Below, piece by piece: positions 6,804 to 11,852 of a stretch of 11,852 nt of DNA. A program made the translations under genes and the position numbers. Source of the DNA: Fusobacteriota bacterium (GTDB taxonomy: Bacteria; Fusobacteriota; Fusobacteriia; Fusobacteriales; JBNJFI01). Positions within the stretch are counted from its first letter, which is position 1. Each line of letters begins with the position of its first letter. The stretch lies in the NCBI GenBank assembly GCA_051746725.1, contig JBNJFI010000065.1:1-11852 (forward strand). Reading direction: 5' to 3'. The notes beneath the pieces are model-generated. The model made no database searches, was not told the DNA's origin, and saw nothing but the letters and a program-made list of their open reading frames with translations.

Positions 6804-7748
6804 TTAGCTTCTTTCTCTTTTTCTACATGCATTTTCCTTTATTTCTTTTTTCATGTTATACATTTGGACATCCGCTAAATTGATCAAGTGATCTACTGTC
6901 ATACTTTCATCTCTAGGATACTCTTGTAATCCATAACTTATACTTATTTTATAATCTAAGTCTTCCTTTTTATTTATTTCTTTTATTTTCTTTAATAAAT
7001 CTTGCATTTTTAATTCTGATATCTTTAAATCTTTTCCAAAAAAGACCATAACAAATTCATCGCCACCTATTCTAAACACAAAATCTCCGCTCCCTATTGA
7101 TTCTAACATTAATCTACTAAATATCTTTATTAATTCATCACCTTTTTTGTGTCCTAAATTATCATTTACTTTTTTTAAATCATTTAAGTCTATAAAAGCT
7201 ATAGTTAGATCTTTTTCGTCTCTTTTTACTTCATCTATCTTTTTTTCTAATTTTTTTATTCCAGTTCCTCTATTTAAGGTTCCAGTCATCTTATCTTTTC
7301 TTGCAAATTCCTTCCATCTTTTTTCACTTTCCTTTTGAACTGTCAAATCATTTCCAACACAGACAAATTCAGTTATTGCTTCATTTTCATTCTTTATTTT
7401 CGTAACCGAAAATAATACAGGTATTTCTGAGCCATCTTTTTTGATATACGTCTTTTCTATATTAGATATAATTGCATTATCTGAATTCATTATATATATT
7501 TCATCTATTCCCTCTTTTATAAGTTCATTTAATTTCATCCCTATTATGTCTTCCTCGTCATATCCAAGAAGGTCATAAACAGGCTGATTGACAAGTTTTA
7601 CAACATAATCCCCGTGATATAAACCAACTATAATTATTAACTCAGTTAAAGAATCCAATAATGTCTGCATATAATTTTGTATTCGAAGATTTCCTTTGTA
7701 TTTTTTTAATAAACTTTTATATAATTTTTTATAATTTTTATCTCCCAT
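6804..7748 (-). CDS. PAS-GGDEF diguanylate cyclase, cytoplasmic
   Basis: PAS (VNQPVYDLLGY, KKDGSEIPV, GND); DKMTGTLNR, FIDLNDLKKVNDNLGHKKGD, RIGGDEF, ISYG, ADVQMY; SD AGGAGGA. Confidence 0.93.
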   Translation of the reverse strand: MGDKNYKKLYKSLLKKYKGNLRIQNYMQTLLDSLTELIIIVGLYHGDYVVKLVNQPVYDLLGYDEEDIIGMKLNELIKEGIDEIYIMNSDNAIISNIEKTYIKKDGSEIPVLFSVTKIKNENEAITEFVCVGNDLTVQKESEKRWKEFARKDKMTGTLNRGTGIKKLEKKIDEVKRDEKDLTIAFIDLNDLKKVNDNLGHKKGDELIKIFSRLMLESIGSGDFVFRIGGDEFVMVFFGKDLKISELKMQDLLKKIKEINKKEDLDYKISISYGLQEYPRDESMTVDHLINLADVQMYNMKKEIKENACRKRERS

Positions 7749-7782
7749 TCTGATCCTCCTTCCGAGAAAATTATACTACCAC

Positions 7783-7820
7783 TTACTATTTATTTTACAT
7801 TAAAATAGTAATAAAATCAA
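7783..7820 (-). promoter_or_regulatory. Candidate promoter of the DGC-dinB unit with an overlapping palindrome
   Basis: TTGATT (7820-7815), 17 nt, TAAAAT (7797-7792); 9-bp inverted arms TTACTATTT (7783-7791) / AAATAGTAA (7803-7811) flank the -10. Confidence 0.5.
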
Positions 7821-7840
7821 TAAAATATTTACACAATACC

Positions 7841-9199
7841 TTATTGATTTATTTTTTCTTGTTGTATTTCCATCTTTTTCTCTTCCCTTAGTAAATAAAT
7901 ACCTATTATAAACGTGGCTATTAAGTCAGCTATAGGAAAAGCAAGCCATATACCTGTTACGCCTAAACCCAATCTTGGTAAAATTAACATTAATGGTAAA
8001 AATAATATAACTTGTCTTAAAAGTGAAAATATAAAAGCAGGAACCGCTTTTCCTAAAGCTTGGGATAAAACAGATCCTGTTATTCCAACCCCAACAATGG
8101 GAAGAACCGCTACAACAATTCTCATGGCATTTTTCCCCTGTAAAATTAACTCTCGATTATCACTAAATATCCCCATAATTGCTTCTGGAAAAATTTGAAC
8201 AAATCCAGTTCCTACAAAACCTATTATAAATGATATCTTTATTGAAAGCCAAACTACTTCGATTACTCTATCATATAATTTAGCTCCATAATTATAACCT
8301 GCAATTGCCTGCATTCCTTGAATAAGACCAAACATAGGCATTATCAAAAATAATACTACTTTCATTATTATTCCATAAACCGCTATCGACATATTTCCAC
8401 CATAAATTGCCAAACTTCTATTCAATATAACTATTATTATACTACTAGCTGATTGTCTAGCAAAACTAGATACTCCTATGCTACAAGTTTCTTTTAATAT
8501 TCTAACATTTAATTTAAAATATTTTAATTTATATTTAACAACACTTTTTTGACCTTTGAAATACCAGATAATATATAAAAATGAAGCAAATTGAGAAATT
8601 ATAGTAGCATAAGCTGCTCCTGCTATTCCGAAATCAAAAATAAATATAAATATATAATCCAGAATACAATTTAAAACAATACCTATAAGCATTGAAAACA
8701 TTGCATCTTTAGCGTTTCCCTCAGCTCTCAAAAAATTATTTAATGCAATTGGAAAAGAAATATATAAAGCACCTAAAAATATAACTTTACCATATTCTAG
8801 AGCATATGGATAAATCTCTTCTGTTGCTCCAAATAAACCTATTATTTCTTCTGGAAATGATACTCCAATGATAAATAAAATTATTCCCATTAAAGTTAAT
8901 GAGAAGAAAGTGTTCCCAGCTACTCTATTAACTTCGTCATAATTTCTCTCACCTAATTTTCTTGAAAATATAGAAGTAGCTCCTATTCCAATTAACTGCG
9001 CTAACCCCATAAATAATATTTGAGCAGGCATCACTATTGAAACTCCAGCAATTCCCAAAGCACCTACTCCTCTACCAATAAAAATAGTATCGATAACATT
9101 ATACATTGCATATGCCATCATTGCTATTATTGCTGGTAAGGCTAACTGAAATAAGACTTTGGGTATTTTTGCTTTTCTTAATAAGTTTTCATTTTTCAT
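7841..9199 (-). CDS. MATE family efflux transporter (MepA-like)
   Basis: 452 aa, many hydrophobic segments; LALPAII, YNVIDTIFIG, RAEGNAK, NCILDYIFI, GIAGAAYAT, GYNYGA, GVTGIWLAFPIAD. Confidence 0.94.
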   Translation of the reverse strand: MKNENLLRKAKIPKVLFQLALPAIIAMMAYAMYNVIDTIFIGRGVGALGIAGVSIVMPAQILFMGLAQLIGIGATSIFSRKLGERNYDEVNRVAGNTFFSLTLMGIILFIIGVSFPEEIIGLFGATEEIYPYALEYGKVIFLGALYISFPIALNNFLRAEGNAKDAMFSMLIGIVLNCILDYIFIFIFDFGIAGAAYATIISQFASFLYIIWYFKGQKSVVKYKLKYFKLNVRILKETCSIGVSSFARQSASSIIIVILNRSLAIYGGNMSIAVYGIIMKVVLFLIMPMFGLIQGMQAIAGYNYGAKLYDRVIEVVWLSIKISFIIGFVGTGFVQIFPEAIMGIFSDNRELILQGKNAMRIVVAVLPIVGVGITGSVLSQALGKAVPAFIFSLLRQVILFLPLMLILPRLGLGVTGIWLAFPIADLIATFIIGIYLLREEKKMEIQQEKINQ

Positions 9200-9237
9200 C
9201 TAATCATCTCCTACTTTTTTTAATTGCGCATGTAACT

Positions 9238-9266
9238 AGTATATCAAATGTTAAATATTTGTACAA
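9238..9266 (-). promoter_or_regulatory. Candidate sigma70 promoter of the MATE gene
   Basis: TTGTAC (9266-9261), 17 nt, TG-n-TATACT (9243-9238), immediately after the upstream terminator. Confidence 0.65.
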
Positions 9267-9269
9267 CTA

Positions 9270-9311
9270 AAAAAGCTAAAAAGAGCAAAGTCTTGCTCTT
9301 TTTAGCTTTTT
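9270..9311. terminator. Intrinsic terminator (structurally bidirectional) after the lipoprotein gene
   Basis: Perfect 19-bp inverted repeat AAAAAGCTAAAAAGAGCAA / TTGCTCTTTTTAGCTTTTT with loop AGTC. Confidence 0.9.
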
Positions 9312-9326
9312 GCTTAAAATTAACAT

Positions 9327-9353
9327 ATGAGGTGGCCTTACAATTATATTTGA
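9327..9353 (+). repeat. Left copy of a long-range inverted repeat
   Basis: ATGAGGTGG-CCT-TACAATTATATTT-GA; reverse-complement partner at 10661-10687. Confidence 0.85.
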
Positions 9354-9359
9354 TATCTT

Positions 9360-10019
9360 TTATTTAAGTTTAGATAATTTTATATTCATTTTAGAAGCAG
9401 AGTAAATTCTGAGATTATTCCCATCTTTGTTAAATTCAAAATTAAACTGAGAAGGTAATTTTGGAAGTAAGTCACTAGTTCCTGTGGCAGACTGAGCTAC
9501 TTTATTCATAACCATTCCAGCCAATCCTCCATCTTTTCCTACATTTTTTCCAGCTTCAAATTTTGATCTTTCCCAACCATAAAAGCCCTCAAAATTGTCT
9601 CCAGATCCTTTTATTATAATATTTGGATCTTGTTCATCTAGATATAAAATTTCTCCTTTATCTGATATTTTCCATTGGCTAGTTAATACAACCTTATATT
9701 CATCAACTTTTAAATCAGGATACTTTTCTTTCCAATCTACAAGTTTTTCAGAAATTTTTGCTTCACTAATATAATATGTAAAAGTTGCCATTCGACTATT
9801 AAAATCAAATTTAGCAGTAACCTTTTCATAGGTTCTTCCTAGATATTTAGTAGAACTATCGGCATAATCTGTTACAGTCCATCCTCCAACAAATTTTCTA
9901 GTAACTTTATTATACTCATCTGTATCTCTTACCATATATTTATTAGTTGAGCTGCATCCTGATATTGCTAGTATTAAAATTGCAAAAAAGGCCATTAAAT
10001 ATTTCCCCTTTTTTTTCAT
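9360..10019 (-). CDS. Lipoprotein of unknown function, probably lipocalin-like beta-barrel (219 aa)
   Basis: Signal MKKKGKYLMAFFAILILAISG-C (lipobox); FVGGW (GxW) early motif, later WKIS and FEFNKDGNNLRI strands. ATG 10019 preferred because the track's GTG at 10028 is part of the SD AAGGTG. Fold is inferred. Confidence 0.8.
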   Translation of the reverse strand: MKKKGKYLMAFFAILILAISGCSSTNKYMVRDTDEYNKVTRKFVGGWTVTDYADSSTKYLGRTYEKVTAKFDFNSRMATFTYYISEAKISEKLVDWKEKYPDLKVDEYKVVLTSQWKISDKGEILYLDEQDPNIIIKGSGDNFEGFYGWERSKFEAGKNVGKDGGLAGMVMNKVAQSATGTSDLLPKLPSQFNFEFNKDGNNLRIYSASKMNIKLSKLK

Positions 10020-10046
10020 TTTAGACACCTTCTTTCTTATAGTTTT

Positions 10047-10634
10047 TTAAAATGCAAATCCTATTGAAGTTTTAAATACTTGTCCGCTACCTATAGGAAC
10101 ATCACTAGTGTCTTCCTCTTCAGTAGTTTTAGTTCCATCTGTATCTTCATATGTTACTTCTATAGTATCATCCAATTTTCCAATACCATAACCTACTTCA
10201 ATATTTGTAACTAAAGGTCCTAAAAATTTTCTATATCCAACCTTACCAATTAAAAACATAGTTCCCAAATCAGCAGATCCAGTTCCTAAATCATCATCTT
10301 CATATTCCATTCCTAGATTTAACCTACTTAGGCCTCCCCCGACATAAACTCCTTTTTCAGGTTCTGTAATATAATACCTACCGCCAATTCCTATATAAGA
10401 TATTTTAGCTGTAGTTTGATCATCTAAAGAAATAGGAATATAAGAAAAATCCATGTCAACTGAAACTTTTCCGTCTTGAAAATTTGGAATAACATATTCC
10501 CCTGAAACTCCTATTAAATTAGGAATCCCTAGACTCAATTCTGCTCGAATCGGCCTTGACTTATTTGCTCCTAAAAGACTAAAAGAAATTAAAAATACTA
10601 GAGTTACTAAAAGAACTAATTTTTTGAACTTCAT
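10047..10634 (-). CDS. Small outer-membrane beta-barrel protein (about 8 strands, 195 aa)
   Basis: Sec signal peptide; amphipathic strands (IGVSGEY, IGIGGRYY, GVYVGGG, GKVGYR, IEVGYG); C-terminal FKTSIGFAF ending in Phe (BAM signal). ATG 10634 preferred over GTG 10643 by SD spacing. Confidence 0.85.
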   Translation of the reverse strand: MKFKKLVLLVTLVFLISFSLLGANKSRPIRAELSLGIPNLIGVSGEYVIPNFQDGKVSVDMDFSYIPISLDDQTTAKISYIGIGGRYYITEPEKGVYVGGGLSRLNLGMEYEDDDLGTGSADLGTMFLIGKVGYRKFLGPLVTNIEVGYGIGKLDDTIEVTYEDTDGTKTTEEEDTSDVPIGSGQVFKTSIGFAF

Positions 10635-10660
10635 TTCACTCACTTCCTTTCTTTTTTAAT

Positions 10661-10687
10661 TCAAAATATAATTGTATCCCACCTCAT
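10661..10687 (-). repeat. Right copy of a long-range inverted repeat
   Basis: Minus strand reads ATGAGGTGG-GA-TACAATTATATTT-TGA; matches 9327-9353 in blocks of 9 and 13 identical bases. Confidence 0.85.
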
Positions 10688-10746
10688 TTTAAATATTACA
10701 TATTTATTTATTTTTCCTTTTTTTATTTTGCTTTTTTTATTTTTTT

Positions 10747-11852
10747 CTATCGGATTTCTCCATTTCCATCAACTACATATTTATAAGTAGTCAGCTCATC
10801 TAGCCCTACAGGACCCCTTGCATGTAATTTGTTAGTACTTATACCAATTTCTGCACCAAAACCAAACATAGCTCCGTCAGTGAACCTCGTTGAAGCATTT
10901 GTATATACTGTAGAAGCATCTATACCAATTTTAAACTTATTAGATGCATTATAATTATCAGTTATTATTGCTTCAGAATGATTAGATCCATATTTATTAA
11001 TATGTTTAATTGCATCTTCTACAGAACTTACAACTTTTATTGATAATATTAGATCCAGATATTCAGTATTCCAATCCTCTTTAGTAGCTTTTTTGATATC
11101 ACCTACATAGTCTTGTGTTTTTTTACAACCTCTAATTTCTACATCTTCTTTTTTGAACCTTTTAATCATCTCCGGTAAAAAATTCTTGGCAACTTTTTCA
11201 TTTACCAATAGTGTTTCCATTGCATTACACACTCCTGGTCTTTGAACCTTTGCATTTATACAGATATCGTAAGCCATATCTAAGTTTGCATCTTCATCGA
11301 CATATGTGTGACACAATCCTTTATCATGATAAATTACTGGAACTTTTGCCATTGAATTTATTGCATTAATAAGTCCCTCTCCACCTCTAGGTATAATAAC
11401 ATCCATATATTCTGTCATCTGAGTTAAATATTTTACAGCATCTCGATCTGTTGTTTGAATTAAATTTATGATTTCCTTATTCATCTTTAATTCTTCTAGA
11501 CTGTCTCTTAAAATATTTGCTATTATTTTATTAGAATTTATAGCTTCTTTTCCACCTCTAAGTATTATACTATTTCCAGATTTTAATGCCAAAGCAGCAG
11601 CGTCAGCTGTTACATTAGGTCTAGATTCGTATATCATCCCAATTACGCCAATTGGAACCTTCATTTTTCTTATTTTTATTCCCTCTTCAGTTGTCCATCC
11701 TTTTATTATCTCTCCTACTGGATCAACGAGATTGGCAATTTTTTCTACTCCCTTTGCCATTCCCTCTATTCTCTTATCATCTAACAGTAATCTATCTAGC
11801 ATTGCATCAGATAATTTTTCTTTTTTCCCGTATTCTAAATCTTTTTTGTTTT
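10747..11852 (-). CDS. proA: Gamma-glutamyl phosphate reductase, 5' end outside the window
   Basis: LDRLLL, PIGVIGMIYESRPNVT, LRGGKEA, IIPRGG, PGVCNAMETLL, NASTRFTDG, AEIGISTNKLHARGPVGL; the frame stays open from 11802 to the window end (NKKDLEYGKKEKLSDA-M). Confidence 0.98.
   Translation of the reverse strand, partial: NKKDLEYGKKEKLSDAMLDRLLLDDKRIEGMAKGVEKIANLVDPVGEIIKGWTTEEGIKIRKMKVPIGVIGMIYESRPNVTADAAALALKSGNSIILRGGKEAINSNKIIANILRDSLEELKMNKEIINLIQTTDRDAVKYLTQMTEYMDVIIPRGGEGLINAINSMAKVPVIYHDKGLCHTYVDEDANLDMAYDICINAKVQRPGVCNAMETLLVNEKVAKNFLPEMIKRFKKEDVEIRGCKKTQDYVGDIKKATKEDWNTEYLDLILSIKVVSSVEDAIKHINKYGSNHSEAIITDNYNASNKFKIGIDASTVYTNASTRFTDGAMFGFGAEIGISTNKLHARGPVGLDELTTYKYVVDGNGEIR

Noticed and set aside
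30..8198. Alternative ORFs in the track (30-242, 1004-1258, 1070-1615, 2450-2809, 3900-4091, 5714-5959, 7147-7338, 7914-8198)
   Set aside because: Antisense or off-frame shadows of well-supported genes, with biased composition and no recognisable motifs.
9223..9256. dif-like site (TGCGCAT ... AAATGTTAAAT)
   Set aside because: The XerC-like and XerD-like halves are 12 nt apart instead of 6, and the region is explained by the MATE promoter.
9318..9345. XerD-like arm AATTAACATAT next to the left inverted repeat (pdif-module idea)
   Set aside because: No XerC arm after a 6-nt spacer, and no equivalently placed arm at the right repeat.
1..11852. CRISPR array, IS/transposase, prophage or defence genes
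   Set aside because: No repeat-spacer array and no ORF with such motifs was seen.

Overview
AT-rich bacterial window from a diderm (it encodes a beta-barrel OMP) with Firmicutes-like regulatory signals, tentatively an anaerobic Fusobacteriota-like organism (inference only). Almost everything is on the minus strand. In transcription order: 5'-truncated proA, a small beta-barrel OMP plus a lipocalin-like lipoprotein, a strong terminator, a MATE pump, a PAS-GGDEF diguanylate cyclase, dinB, a two-gene SufC/SufB-like Fe-S system (SMS-type, smsCB), tRNA-Ser(TGA), tRNA-Ser(GCT), an L20 leader, infC-rpmI-rplT, a bidirectional terminator and a Na/Pi cotransporter. A 53-aa plus-strand ORF missing from the ORF track (2022-2183, perfect SD) is divergent from the Na/Pi gene, and the two share an array of PhoP-box-like hexamers. 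The most unexpected feature is a ~25-bp bipartite inverted repeat (ATGAGGTGG-N2/3-TACAATTATATTT) that brackets the OMP + lipoprotein pair exactly. It could mark an invertible or mobile surface-protein cassette, or a long-range 5'/3' UTR RNA duplex. No recombinase or transposase lies in the window.
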